A stretch of 64,000 bases of DNA. It comes from Klebsormidium nitens. Its lineage: Eukaryota > Plantae > Klebsormidiophyceae. Where the stretch lies: NCBI GenBank assembly GCA_000708835.1, contig DF237071.1:1-64000 (forward strand), read 5' to 3'. The notes under the pieces are model-generated. The model did not search any database, was not told where the DNA came from, and saw only the letters and a list, made by a program, of their open reading frames with translations. A program made the position numbers and the translations under genes. Position 1 is the first letter of the stretch. Every line of letters begins with the position of its first letter. Shown in pieces: positions 34,401-47,640 of this stretch.

Positions 34401-37400
34401 AAGGACAAAAAGGTCTCGGAGAAGGCCATGCAATCTGACAGCGCCCCTCTGTAAGAAAGACATCGGTCTCGACGTCCAAAGACTGCACCAAATCACGACA
34501 AGCTCTAGCATGCCGAATCGAGAAGCAGGGACACCAGGACACGGATAGATTGGAGCTGCTGAGCTCGCTTTCGACAACGAGAGCTCTTTGCCACAGCGAT
34601 CGTCGCCTCGATTGACATGCACGACCAAGTCTCGCGTTCACCTTTTACAACCTGAGTTTGACAATCACTATCATTTGGACGATTTTCTTGTCAAGGCGGG
34701 AGAAACACAAGAGATTCAGGAGAGTCCAGTGCCCCTTAGAACCAGGCATCAAAGCTGGACGATAGTGAGTGGACGGAGTGCCCAGAGCTTGGTTTCGTCA
34801 CAGCCGAAGATCCAAGAAGCAACTCTCTTGTCGCTGCGAACGTGACACGTTTTACGACAGCGGGGCTACGAAACTTCACCAGAACAAATTTGCAAGTTAC
34901 CTGACTTTTTCTCCTTCCGCCAAGCCGCAAGAACAGTGTTGTGAAGACGTCCGGTGTTCATTCGTAAAAAGACGGAATGCGCTCACGTCGATGCGACAAA
35001 ATCACAGCATGTCAAATTTGTGCTTCAGGCGTCCGCTAAAAGATGGACATTTCCTTGAGCAGGTGCTCAATACTTCCATCATCATAACCATCAGCTTTTG
35101 CTTTCGAAAGTCTGTCCTAGTAACAGCGGCCTGCAATCCATTCTGCAGCTTTTTGAGATTTGAACTCTTAACCCTCCTGCGATCTGATTCTTGGGAGGGC
35201 TCCCTTGAGCACTGAGTACGACGTGACTTCACGAACATCTAGATATGAGCGAAGTTCCTTTCATAGCACGTCTTCAAAGTGCGGAGCGTACGATTCGCTA
35301 CTGCTTCAAGTGAGAACCGAGAAGAAGACCCGTGAATTCGAGGAAGAGGGAAAGCTCAAAGTAGAATGCAGAAGCTGCTCGCCTGCCCAAAAGACTTTTC
35401 TTTCTCAAAGATCCTTCAGAATCCATTGAAGGTGACCTTCAAGCACACTCTTCCAGAGAATTTCAGGTACGTCAAGTTTCAAAGAACAGTCCCACAGAAA
35501 ACATTGGTGGTTTCAGCAGCGATAATCGAGATCAAATCGCCTTCGAGGACGCGAGACAAGGCTGCATCACGGTCACAAATAAGCAGCAAATCCTGTCTCA
35601 CCAGAACCTAAACAAACATCTCTCCTCAGAGACCGACCTTCAATTAAGGAATCGTCGATCTGTCGTTGCGCAGAGAATGTTTTCAGGACAGAACGATGGG
35701 AACAACTGCTGTGTCAATGAAGGATCTTTTAGCCAGACGTTACGTGGACCCAAAAGGAGTATGCTAGGTAATGCAACGGTTTGCATGCGGTCTTAGTAGA
35801 CGGAGCAACCTCACGGAAACGGGAAAACACATTTGACAGAGCACGAAAAGCCGTGCACTTCCAACCAATGGTTAGTGTCCGCACTGAATGCTGCGGCTCC
35901 AAGAAGCTTCAAGAGTGAACCGTTTTGAGGCGTTCAGGTCCATTTCTCATCATAACCGCAATTTTGAGCCCCTAAGAATTCGGAGTACAAGGTACCTCTT
36001 CCGCTGATGCCAACGTATCAGTAGTGGAAACTGTCTATGAGGACCCGAGGATCCAAATACTGCTCAGAGCAGCAACAATCTACACCAGAATAGACAAGAC
36101 GTGATCCGACACCTCCGAAAACTTCCAGGCGGAGGAAATCCCCCACGCATAAAAGGATCCAATAAGCATGTGCTAATTTTCACGCACAAACATAACCAAA
36201 ACCAAACAGCAAGAGCACTCGGACTGCCCCTTTAGCAGCAAACAGCATTCTCAAATGATTCAAGTAAAACCCCACCCACAATCAGACATGCGTATCCCCC
36301 TCAGCTTAGTGCCAAGCATGTGCTTGCCAGGGCAGAAGCCTGCCACGGCTGCAAAACGTCGCCGCGACCGAGCGCCAATTTTCCCTCATCTCAAATCATC
36401 ACGAATCAATACAAAGAAGCAAGAAGAAGAAACGGAGTGAGGTTGTCAATCGCTATCAAACTGAGGCTGAGCGACAGGCTCATTTCGGGCATGCACACTG
36501 GGAACAGCATCGCCACCGACTGCCACGTCACCATTCGATTATTCAAGCCGGAATAACAAAGAAGGAGTGGGAATAACTAACTCCTTACCTGAGCGACAGG
36601 CATGTGCCGACCATGCACAGCCCCGCCCCCGCTGGGAACAGCAGCGCCACCGACTGCCACGTCACGATGAGGCACATGCACGCGGCCCCGAAAAACTCGG
36701 TGAAGGCGACAACCAGGACCGCCCATTGGCCCGCGGCGCCGCACGCGTGGGACCCGAGGCCCGGGTAGCTTGGTTCGGCGTTGGGGGGGAGCTTCTCGAA
36801 CGAGCGGCAGAGGAGCTGCGCGCTGAAGCAGAAGATGACGCTGAAGGTGAGCAGGACGCCCTGTACGGGGGGTATAAGATAGTGTTTGGCGATGGTTAAG
36901 AGGAGGTGGTTAGGATCGAGGTTGTTAGCTTCAATGGGGAGCTTCTAACGCAGAAGATGACGCTGAAGGCTGGCAGGACGCCCAGCCGCGGTGGTTGAAA
37001 ACACGTGGTTAGCAGTGGTCAAGGTGAGGTGGTTAGCAATTGGGGGGGGGAGCTTCTCGAAGGAGGGGCGAAGGAGCTGCGCGCTGAGGGCGAAGATGAC
37101 GCTAAAGGTGAGCAGGACGCCCTGTCGGGGTTTAAAGAAAAGGTGGTTAGCGGTGGTCAAGCGGAGGTGGGTAGCGGTTTGTGGGGGGCCTTCTCGAAGG
37201 AGCGGCAGAGGAGCTGCGGGCTGAAGCAGAAGATGAGGCTGAAAGCGACCAGGAAGCCTTGCCGGGAGGGGGGGCTGGGAACGGCGGTTAGGGACGGTTT
37301 AGGACGTCGCATGATGTCAGATTGACTATGTCAACCTCGGAAAACACTCTTTAGTCAGAGACAAAGATGTGCTTGCGAATTTTGAACGTGAACGAGGAAA

Positions 37401-39543
37401 GCGAGGACCAGAGGAGACTTCGAGAGTTGACTTTGAACCCCTGAACAAGTGCTGAAGGAGGTAGAGAAAAAAACTGCTCGTTCCCGGAGTTGCAGAATAC
37501 AGTCGAGCGAATGATTCACATGTCAGCGTCGGGCAGAAATTAACACAACGCATGTTCAAAAAGCCGTTTGCAACAGGCAATGCGGCTTCGCGCAGTGGAC
37601 ACGGAGAATGAGAATTTGACTTTGGTTCAGCCAACGTGGATTCTCGTCATTGCCGTCTTTCAGTACACTTGTCTATAGCCACACGCGTTCGTCATACCCA
37701 TGAGGCTACACTAGGACAAAAGTAACCCAGCAGCGATTGTGTCCAGGCTTTTCACGAAAGTAGCCTTGGACTCGTTCTAAAATACAGACTTCACTCGAAA
37801 CCAGTACCAGCACTGGCGTCAAATAACTTGAGAAACACTAACTCCGGCCTGATTTATCAAGCATCGCCGAATCAATTTCAGGGCCAGCGAAGATTGCTTC
37901 CATAGACACTCAGTGGAAAAAGGCACCCAATGCCCCAGACAAAGGGATCTTTCTCAAGAGGAACTATCCACTGGTACCATATTCAGGGTATTACTCATCA
38001 AGAAGCTCTACTCTGCAACTCGCAATCTCAAACCGAACTGATCACACAGCCCTTCATGGTCCTTGCAGAAAAGTTTCTCTCGTCGGGATGCTTCATCTGT
38101 TTGGCAAGAACGATGGTCATAACGGATGCGTCACTTGACTGCCTTGTGCACCCTGTTCACAGAAACAAGACTGTGCTTACTAAATGAAAAGGACCAACGG
38201 ACAAGCGCTTTCATGCCAAAGAGTGAAATGTTCCACCGCAGTTTCCGCAAAGAAAGCCTTTAATGAAAATTCTATGCTTCAGATGCAATTCCTCTCATGC
38301 AACGGGACGTGATGCCTACCAGGGCCGCAAAAAAAACATCTTTACTTGCGACTACAGGCAGGATTCACGAGGAAAGGCAAAGAGGTTACAGACAATCTTA
38401 TATGTGACGGTGTCAGACACCCCTGACGGATTGTGGTCGCATTGTGGCGCCACTGGGAGGGGACTCGCAGGAAGCATATATGGCCTCTTTTAATCATAGC
38501 CGTCCAGAGAAATATAAAACCTGTTGGACTCAAGCACCATCCCCAATTGTCCATGATCTGCTGAGATCGCATTCCAATGCTAGCTGCTATGCTCTGGTCC
38601 AATTTCAGCTGCTCTCTTAAAAGGCAACACTCCGTACAATGAGTGGTATTGAGATCGCCAGCATGGTGAGGAAAATCAAAACGGGACGCGCCGCTCAGGC
38701 TCCAAGAGATTGGCACCACCAACGAGTTGCATAAGATCAAGGCATTGTTGGATTGCAAATCCAAGCAACGGCAACTTTACATGACCACCCGTAGCATCAG
38801 AAGAGTCAGCCTCAGAACCACCATGAATGATTCTCACTGGCCAAGGTTCCATGGAGAAGCGCATCGTACGTGTGCATTGATCAACATCACCAGTAGCCGG
38901 GTTGAGTATCATGCATTGGTGCAAGACGCCATGCAGCTGAATGTCTGTGCATGCTTCACTCAAGTTTCAAGACCATTGAACGTGGTTGCCAAGCAAGTCA
39001 CCAATCAACTTCTCCAGCTTGAGAGGAAAGCAGATCGTAGAGCTACAATTGCTCCCCAGAACCCAAGACCCAAGCAGGACAGGCCAGATTGACTGAAACT
39101 CAACAGGCTGGCACGGCTCGTAGTGCAGACAATAGTCAGGCTACCTCACCCTTGGTCACTTTCAGAAGATAGATCCCCAGAGGAGGTAAACTCACCAGGC
39201 TGGCCCAACCCCCCAGGGCGACCGCGTACCCAATTGTCACCAGCCCCACCCCCACATACAGGTTGATTGTATTGAACACTGTCTGCAACTCGCTCGCCGT
39301 CCCCCTCCCCGCAAGTTGCCTGCTGTCAAACGCCTCTAGAAGTTCTAGCTTCATCGAACCGGGCCCAGTGCCCCCATCAGGAAAGCAGCCGACAGGACCG
39401 TTCGTCTCTGCTGACATCGGCATGCTCTCATTGTCCAATGCTGCTCCTGACTGCCCTGCTGAATTGTTGTGTTGTCCGCTGTGCCCTTCTTCAGCTCCCA
39501 GAAGGGGGTCGTGGATTTCAGACTGGCGCCCATTGGCCATCAT
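19483..39543 (-). CDS. AVT1: Amino-acid/auxin permease (AAAP) family, AVT1-like vacuolar amino-acid transporter, ~506 aa, 6 exons
   Basis: Exons 39543-39196, 36860-36589, 29227-28886, 21711-21455, 20653-20500 and 19630-19483. All junctions are GT-AG and phase-compatible; the total is 1521 nt ending in TGA. The translation carries AVT1-type motifs: TVFNTINLYVGVGLVTIGYAVALGGW, EPSYPGLGSHACGAAG, SLSGHAGLPSLRRSMRRPEHF, YALMGAAAYQYFGE and LVGGVASMCSSLLLPG. Confidence 0.88.
23045..23845. repeat. Module cluster 4 (~7 units), inside intron 3 of the AVT1-like gene
   Basis: Same motif order. It lies between exon 3 (28886) and exon 4 (21711). Confidence 0.9.
25040..27400. repeat. Triplicated ~0.9 kb block within AVT1 intron 3
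   Basis: The anchor AGCGAGC(G/A)TGCACGC.GGCGG.TC recurs at ~25265, ~26210 and ~27056, with collinear flanks (TGAG.ACGG..CTGCCCAC.AGGAT). Confidence 0.85.
32706..32729. repeat. (TGAT)6 microsatellite
   Basis: Directly visible. Confidence 0.9.
36935..37265 (-). pseudogene. Three decayed copies of AVT1 exon 2 acceptor and 5' end inside intron 1
   Basis: Repeats of GAGCTGCGCGCTGA...GAAGATGACGCT.AAGGTGAGCAGGACGCCCTG at ~36940, ~37040 and ~37185, matching 36790-36865. Confidence 0.85.
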
Positions 39544-40128
39544 GCTGGCTCGTTTGAATGGTCCAACAGTGCTGCGAAGTTAAAGTTGGAGGGTCAATTT
39601 TGGAATGCTGTCTTTCAATGCTGCTTCACAACTTACATACTCCTGCTGTCATCAGACTCTCTCCAAGGAGCCCTTCGCATTTGCCAGGGATTTTGAGACA
39701 GCGACTGACAGGTAAGCTGAATGATGTCCTACAAATTTACCGAGAAGAGCAGAAGTCTCCTTTTCGGCAAAGGGAGGAGATGCCCCTCGCGACTTCATGC
39801 AATAGCCAACTTTGCTTTCAAAAGTTCATTGTTCAATGTGGACGTGAAAAGAAAACAGCATCGGCAAACAAATGAACGAAATGCATGCATGTCACCTGTC
39901 TGCAAGAAAGCCTGTGCAAGGAACTAGGCTGGCGCAATCTTGCGCTACACCTCGGCAACCGTCACAACAGTGCGGTAATGCTCGAGCACAAGATTAGGGT
40001 TCCTGATTGCATGGAAGACAGCCTGCTGAACATTGTTGAAAGAAAATTCAACTTCAAGCCCTCAGAAAAGGGTTCTGGACGGAGGAAAGGGGCGCCCTTC
40101 GGTTGTGTGCAGCTTCCTGCCGCTGAAG
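39544..40128. promoter_or_regulatory. Putative bidirectional promoter/5'UTR region between AVT1-like (-) and RH5 (+)
   Basis: Divergent start codons 585 bp apart. No specific elements were identified. Confidence 0.5.
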
Positions 40129-43100
40129 ATGGGCAAGAAAGATAAGAAGATGGTGCCGGCGTTGGCAGATTCTTCCATTGGCTTAGACGGTGCCGCTGCA
40201 CTTGAAAAGGCGAAGAAGAGAAAGAAGGACGGCGTCGAGAGTTTGGAACAAGGGGCTGAGGCCAAGAAGTTAAAGATGAGCATTGAAGATGGATTCGAAG
40301 GAGGAGTGGTGAAGAAAGAAAAGAAGCAGAAGAAGAACAAGGGGCTTGATGTGAACGAGGAAGAGCCTAGTAGTAGTGCCGTGGTGGAAGAGGCAGGAGA
40401 GGTGGAAAATATAGAAAGGAAGAAGAAGAAAAAGAAGAAGGGGCTGAACGTGGAGGAAGTGGTGGTCAATGTACTGGAGCCTAATGGTGCCGTGTCGGCT
40501 GGACAGGACACGAACGGAAAGCAGAAAAAAAAGGAAAAGAAGGCGAAGCAAACAGGCGGTGAGATCGGGGGTGATGTGGCTGAGATAGAGAGTGGGGCGG
40601 ATCACAAAGAAGAAGCTGGCAGTAAGAAGAAGAAGGCAAAGAAAGAGAAGAATGGGCTGGTGGAGGAGACTATGGCAAATGAAGTCTTTGAGAAGAAGAA
40701 GAAGAAGGACAAGGGGGCGAACGGGAGTGTTGGGGTTTCCAGTGAAGGGGGAGATCTGGGTTCGGCGAGGGCAGCATTGAATATGGTGGTCACGGGGAGG
40801 GATGCAAACACCGCAAAGTTCCGGCCGCTGCAAACGTTTGACGAAGCGAACCTCCCCGAGGTGATGATCCGGACTCTGATTTTAGGGTTCCCCCGTTTCC
40901 ACCATTACCATGTTGTTTGGGTCTGCCCAATTGTGCACCACCCGCCATCGAGACAATTTTAGGCTGTCTTTGCCTTCCTTGTCTTCTAAAGTTTACAGTG
41001 AGTTGGCACTATGTCCTCCAGCATTGTTAGTTCTTAGACTTTTAGGATGATGAGTCAGCTTTGTGTCTCAACATTTTGTGGAGTGCCTTAATCTAGTGTT
41101 TTGGCAAAAAAAGGGCTGTGGATATCGAAGTGCATGGGTCCAGCTGGGGAACGCAAACCATCATTTTTAGGGCAATCAAGTCGGCATGATCATTTCAATT
41201 GCCGATTCCATTCTGCTCTAGGATGCGCCAACTTCGTCTTGCCCCCCTGTTGAAAGAACTGTACAAGCAACTTTCTACGTCTATGAATTGGACGTATTGA
41301 ACCTAGTCTGATCGTCTGTCTAGACAAACGGTCCTGTTCCAGCAAATCTCTCCCATGCTTCACGAGCTTTCCCCTCTTTCCTGATTGAGCGCCAGGCTTG
41401 GCCCCATGTGGGGTGCTCCTACAATTCAATCCCGTTTTACCTGATTGAGCAATGTTGATCTCCCTACATACGCCCCTCCGTTTTTCCGATTCTGCAAAAG
41501 ATTGGTCCTGCCTCTGTGTGGCTCCCCAGAGTTTTGTGCAACGTGGACTGACTTCGACTCCAGATTCTGTTCCCTTCTTCCCCCCCAAGGTCACAGACAC
41601 CCTCTCCATTATACGGGCCCAGGCTTGCGCTGTGTTCCCTGATTCTCAGAATTGAGAATACTACATTCGTACATGTCAAAACCAAAATCTCAGAATCACA
41701 ACATTCACTTCAAGGCTGTGCTTTATGCCTACCCCGCACTAGCTTCAAGCATGACTGCGCCCTCCTATTTTTCCTCGAAAAGCACTACTCCAATTCAACT
41801 CTTGTTCCAGTAGGTCAGTAGTCTAATTATCCCGTCTTATCGTCCAGGTTTTACTCCACGGCTGTGCCGGCTTCGCCTCCCCCTCCCCCATCCAGGCGCA
41901 GGCCTGGCCGATCGCCCTTGCCGGGCGAGATCTCATCGGGATTGCCAAGACAGGCTCTGGGAAGACGATAGCATTCGCCGTCCCTGCTCTTTCTCACATC
42001 ACTAAGCTCGGAAAGCCGCCCAAGTCGCCCGCGTGCCTGGTGCTCGCGCCCACTAGGGAGCTCGCAATCCAGGTCAGCGTGCTCCTGTGGAAAGCAACGT
42101 TGAGGTGTCGCAATTCGTTCAAATTGTGATTCAACCCCAAGTTCTAGTCCTGTGATAAGAGAGAATCTTCAATCATCATAGACGGGCCCGTATTGCAAAG
42201 ATGTTTGAAGCGCACAAGTGCAGACCCCATGGCGTGTGGTCTCCTAGTTCTGGCCCATACGAAGTCGTGACTGTCAGTTGAACACGTTGAAGTAGATTTT
42301 CATCAAAGTTCCGGCCAGCACCACGACGACAAATTTTGAAAGCTCCACATCGACGTCTCAGTTTCTTCTCCACTATCACCCTTCTGCAGTCCCTCAGAAG
42401 AGGCACCACTGATGCTTTCAATCCTCTCCGCCGGCAAGATACATAACACCCACATTCTCAATTGACTAGCATCTCTGTCTGTAAACAACACACTCAAACT
42501 TCCAACATGCAGATTTGGAACAATGCCTTATTTGCATCGTGATTGACTTCGTTCCTCTCCTTCTTCCCACCAGATTGCGGAGGTGTTCGAGAACGCTGGC
42601 AAGCGGTGCGGCGTCAAGACCGTGTGCGTCTACGGGGGGGTCCCTAAGGGCCCGCAAAAAGCGGCGATTCGGGCAGGGGCGACCGTCGTGGTTGCGACAC
42701 CTGGCAGGTATGCCGCCGGCATTTAGACAATTTCGTCTCTTTTGTCGGTTCCACGGTCCAGCCTTTTCCGAATGCCAGGATCCAAAGGAATCATGTTTTG
42801 AAGGCCCCGCGAATCTAGCTACAGTCAGTCATAAGGAGCTAAACAAGGAGCCGTACTGAGTCCTTTGGCTACGAGCTGTCCCTAGCACAAGGTTGATCTT
42901 TCGTGCATTTCACTCTGCAAAGGGGTGAAGCTTGCGACATCTTAACAAGCTGTTGCAGCCGTTCCAGCCGTTGTGGTATTCTCTGCATACCTGCTCTTTT
43001 GAACAAAGTTTCGGAGCATTGGCAGGATTATATTCGACGAGGTTCGTGCTACAGTATGCTTGACCTGAGTCGTGGTTGCTTGGCAGGCTGCGAGATCTGG

Positions 43101-46100
43101 GCAATGGAGGCGCATGCTAGTCAGTTTTAACCTGGTTCTAACTGGCTGGTTAAGTCGTTCTTAACCTGCTTCGTTATTCCCTGGCAGGCTGCAGGATCTG
43201 GTCGATGAAGGCGCGTGCGCCATCGGGCAGTGCGGCATGCTTGTCCTCGACGAGGCGGATAGGATGCTGGACCTGGGATTCGAGCCGGCGATTCGGAAGA
43301 TCATTGGGCTGCTGCCGAAAGGTGCGCGCTTATCTCTCTGTTTGCGTTTTCTGTTCATTCCTTTATTTCACCATCCCGTACGTCTCCTCGGAGGTCACAA
43401 ACTATGAGCTTTTGCTCCTCGGACTCTCGTTGACCTTTGGTCCAGCATGCTAAGACTCCCTTGGGTTTCGAGTTATCCGTCTTCAAGTTTTTAGGAACAC
43501 AACATGCAGTCTGATCAGACTAGTTTGATTTCACGTGATTCCAAGAATGGGCAAGACGGACCTGCAACACGTCCAAACATGTCAAACAAGGGTTTCAAGT
43601 TGGATGGCCTCGACATGGACGTTCCGCTTGCGGTTGCATACCTCACAAGATGTCCAACAGTTTTTCTTTCTTGGCTGATCTGACGTCGCAACTTGGAGGA
43701 AATTGGATATCCACTTCTTTGTTCCAAATTCCCCTCATCCCTTTGTTCCTTTCTTCCTTTGAAGTTTTTATTTTCCTCGTGCGCAGCCCACCAGACGTCC
43801 ATGTTCAGTGCCACGTGGCCCCCCGAGGTGGCCAAGCTGGCCGCCGAGTTCCTGAGGGATCCCCTCAAGATCACCATCGGGTCTGAGGACCTGACGGCTA
43901 ACCACGACGTAACCCAAATTGTGGAGGTGTGCGAGCCGACGGGGAGGGAACCGAAGCTGGAGCAACTGCTGAGAAAGTACCATGCGGACAGAAAGTGAGC
44001 TGCTTATCTGCATTCCTTGTTCTGCCTTTGCACCTTGTCTTTCTCAGGGACAAGGTTTGCATGCGATCTTGCAGCCCGGAACGCGTCACCCTAGGGTAGG
44101 AGGAACCTACTTTCGCATCTTTCAAGTCGGTGACGCAAGTCTGAAAAGTTGTAAACGTTTGTCCCGGATGAGTAGGCAGTCGCTCTGCTGAGTCAGGTCT
44201 GGAAAGCCATCAGAATATGGCCACTACAGAGAGTTTGAACCCCTTCTTTTCAACCATTGGAACGTTTACGCTCGTCTTTGTACCCATCCAATTTATGGCA
44301 AGGATATTGGTCGGTTTGATGCCCCACGCCAAGTTGCGCTTTCGATCTGTCTCTTTTGTCTTCGATCAAATCTACGCCCTTGGATAGCAGCACAGGTTAG
44401 GGCGCAAATTGGGTTAAGTTTGGCATACACACCAGCAGAGTCCTGCCATTATGCAATTTGCACTTTGAAGACCACTAACTTTGACTCCCTGCCAAATTTC
44501 CAGGACGCGCGTGCTCGTGTTCGTTCTCTACAAAAAGGAGGCCGCCCAAATGGAGACCTACCTGACGCGCAAGGGCTGGAAAGCGGTGGCAATCCACGGG
44601 GACAAGGGTCAAGCAGACCGGTCCAGTGCTCTCCAACATTTTCGGGACGGCACCATCCCCCTGCTGGTGAGTAACGCTCCCTAGTTTCCCGTCTCAAGAG
44701 TGCTAGGTATCTGGCTGTCCATTAGAGCAAGGGATAGGTCAACCTCTGACGTGTTTTGTTTGGGGACTGCGAAGTTTCCACCGACGTGGCAACACGTGGT
44801 CTTGGAATCGACCGCAGAAGTCCTCTTCTTTTAGCTCCAGCGACGGTGAAGGACTCTGTGCAAGTTCCATTTTTTAGATTTGTCGTACTTGAGCTCTAGC
44901 TTCCAAAGTCGTTCAAGCCGTATTTGATAGTTTTGCGCTGCAGCTGGTCATTGTCGTGGCGACTCGTGCGCTCGACATCTCTGACTTCGAGGCCGCCATG
45001 ATCTGCAACTTAAAAACGCTACAATGAGAAGGCTTTCACTTTGCAGTTTGCGACTGACGTGGCCTCGACATCCCGAACGTGAAGTACGTCATCAACTACA
45101 GCTTCCCGCTCACGGCCGAGGACTACGTGCACTGCTCTTGGATTTCTTTCTAGAGGACCTCGCATCATTTAAAGGCTACAATTAACTGGAAGGCCTTTCT
45201 ACTGCAGATTGCGACTGACGTGGCGGCCCGTGGGCTCGACATCCCGAACGTGGAGTACGTCATCAACTACAGCTTCCCGCTCACGGCCGAGGATTACGTG
45301 CACCGCATCGGGCGGACGGGGCGCGCCGGGAAGAAGGGTATCGCGCACACGTTTTTCACGGTGAACGACAAAGCGCGCGCGGGGGAGCTGCAGAACATTC
45401 TGCGGGAGGCGGGGCAACCGGTGCCCGAGGCGCTAACCGCCTTCGGGACGACGGTCAAGAAGAAGGTGAGATTCTGCCTAAGACTTTTGTCTCGTTGGTG
45501 TGACCCCCTTCGTTTGGCTGCTGTTTGGTCGGTTAAATTTTGCAGCCGGCAGTTGAGAGCCCTGAAAAGGCGGTTGTCGATAGTCGTGAGCGGTGCCAAA
45601 GGCGTTGACCCCTATGGGCATGACGAAAGTGGAATTGTGGATTGAGCTGAACCTCAGCGGTTGTCTCCTTGGTTTGGGTTGTTTCGTCGCGGACTATTGA
45701 TCAACTTCTGCCAAGGCAGGTGGTAGCCCGATCCCTGGAAAGCACGTTCTGGGCAGTCCTGGCAATGTGATGCCGTTCAATTGCAGAATCGTGTGCTGAA
45801 GGACGGGTTCAATGATCTCAGCGTGAAGTGTGCGGTATTGTACAAACCCTCTTTGGCCACGACACTGAACGTGCGACTTGTTTGCGGAGTTTGATCCGAT
45901 CCGTCCTAACCGCATGTGTGCTGATAATCCCCAACGGGTTGTCAAAAGAGACAATCGCATTGGGAAGGACCTCTTTTTCTTTGTTCACAGGTCTGAGATA
46001 ATTTGTGCTGAATTCTTCAGTGTGGCCCTGTTTGCAAGACCTCGATTTGTGTATTGCGGTCTCTTTTAGATTGAGCTGGTGTGACCAAGAAAACAATTTT

Positions 46101-46265
46101 TAGGTTTGTCTCCACGATCACGCTGTTCAGATCTTGCATGTAATGTTGGCTCAGCGGCTTGTTGGTGTGTGCGTGTAGGAATCCAAGCTCTACGGGGCTC
46201 ACTTCCGAGAGGTTGACCTGGACGCAAAGGCGACGAAGATATCGTTCGACAGTGACGACGAGTAG
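40129..46265 (+). CDS. RH5: DEAD-box ATP-dependent RNA helicase, RH5/STRS1 (fungal DBP3) type, with Lys/Glu-rich N-terminus
   Basis: Exons 40129-40860, 41848-42072, 42574-42707, 43188-43321, 43787-43994, 44504-44666, 45208-45465 and 46179-46265, all in frame. Motifs: [10 protein letters not shown] (Q motif), [66 protein letters not shown]. The C-terminus [12 protein letters not shown]...[12 protein letters not shown] is typical of RH5/DBP3. Confidence 0.95.
45029..45133 (+). pseudogene. Decayed copy of RH5 exon 7 acceptor and 5' end inside intron 6
   Basis: TTGCAG|TTTGCGACTGACGTGGC-CTCGACATCCCGAACGTGAAGTACGTCATCAACTACAGCTTCCCGCTCACGGCCGAGGACTACGTGCAC matches 45208-45303 except for a 10-nt deletion and a few substitutions. 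Confidence 0.9.
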
Positions 46266-47640
46266 GTTTATCTTTGACAATTATTGGATTATATAACTCT
46301 ATGAAGATTTGAGTTTGTAAGGAAAGGTACCTGGAATAAAAGTGGATCGTTATCGAATGTACAGTGTTTTGATTCTTCCCGTCCTCCACTAAGCCAAGTT
46401 CCTAAACTTGCAGTGCTGATCATGCAATGAAAAGGAATGTGTTTGCAATATTGTGCGGTCGGCGCTCATCGGCATTGCCTGGCCGGTGTGGAAGGTGCAT
46501 ATCGCGTTCGACTGCCACTGATGATCGGACCGGTCACGTCACTTTGAAGCGAAGAACCTGGCAAAGCTCTACTAGCTAAGCTAGCGTGTGGGCGTCATTG
46601 CAGTTTGAATTGTTGTCCGAAAGGCTCCACGCGTCCAGCGAGCATGTCGAATATGGCGCTGATTCATAAGTTGCACCGCTCATATACGATGTGGACGGGC
46701 CGTGGCATGCATGGCCGGGCGGGCCACACATGGAGTTGCACGTTCATCATACGTTACGAATCAAAGTTAGTGTATCATACTACATGTTTGCTGCATACAT
46801 GGCGCACGATTACTTTTCCCGGTGCCGGCCCCTGGGGACGTCGAGCACCGCCACGCTCTCCGCTATAGGCTCGCCCAACCAATGTTGATTAATATACGCA
46901 GTGAATATATTCAATTCATTCCATCATGGCATCATGTGCGCCGTTTAATTTTGAGTTGGACGTTGACGTAGAATCAACGAGAAGAATGAGGCATGCCGCG
47001 CTGACTTGCTCTGGTGAGCGAGAATTGTGTCAGTACGTTGCTAGCTTTCATTTTTGAGCTCGAATCCAATAAAACATTGGAGGTCATTCACTTCTATGCA
47101 TATTTAGCTGGCTGACCCATCCATTCCATACGCGGCCAGCGTAACTGCGCGCGCGCATGCGCTCGACAGAAAGGAAGCATGTACTGAACAGCTTAAAAGC
47201 TTATAAGCCTCCGCAGATGTTTGAGAACGAGCCGCGCCGCGGTGCCATTGCACAGACCGTCAGATCACGAGTGACATGCCATGCATATGTCCAACAGTGC
47301 ACTGGCACTGAGTAAACTTCACTAACGCGCCCGCAAACCAAATGCTGAAGAATTGCAGTCCTCGACCTGTCGAAATTGACAAGAGCTTGGAGCATTCATG
47401 ATTGCGAAGGATTCCTGCAACCAACACACTAGACACTGCGCTTTTTAAGCTGTACTTATATTAAGTACAGACTTGTCCACTTATACTCGATTCTAGTCTT
47501 GTCCTTGCCTGTGCAGACTTAAAAGCAGAGGAACTACCCAGAAAATAGATTATATTTGCCGGCCGGCCACTGCATGATAGGCCGAAAACCGTTGACGACA
47601 GAACCTATCATTCGCAATAACAAAACTGCGTAACCGACAT

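Noticed and set aside
30900-38500. Scattered TCAT(A/G)GCC words in AVT1 introns 1-2 (e.g. 31734, 32041, 38494)
   Set aside because: They are isolated 8-10-mers without the other module elements and could be chance matches.
40062-40833. Several long antisense ORFs (149, 187 and 69 aa)
   Set aside because: They are shadows of the low-complexity Lys/Glu-rich RH5 exon 1.
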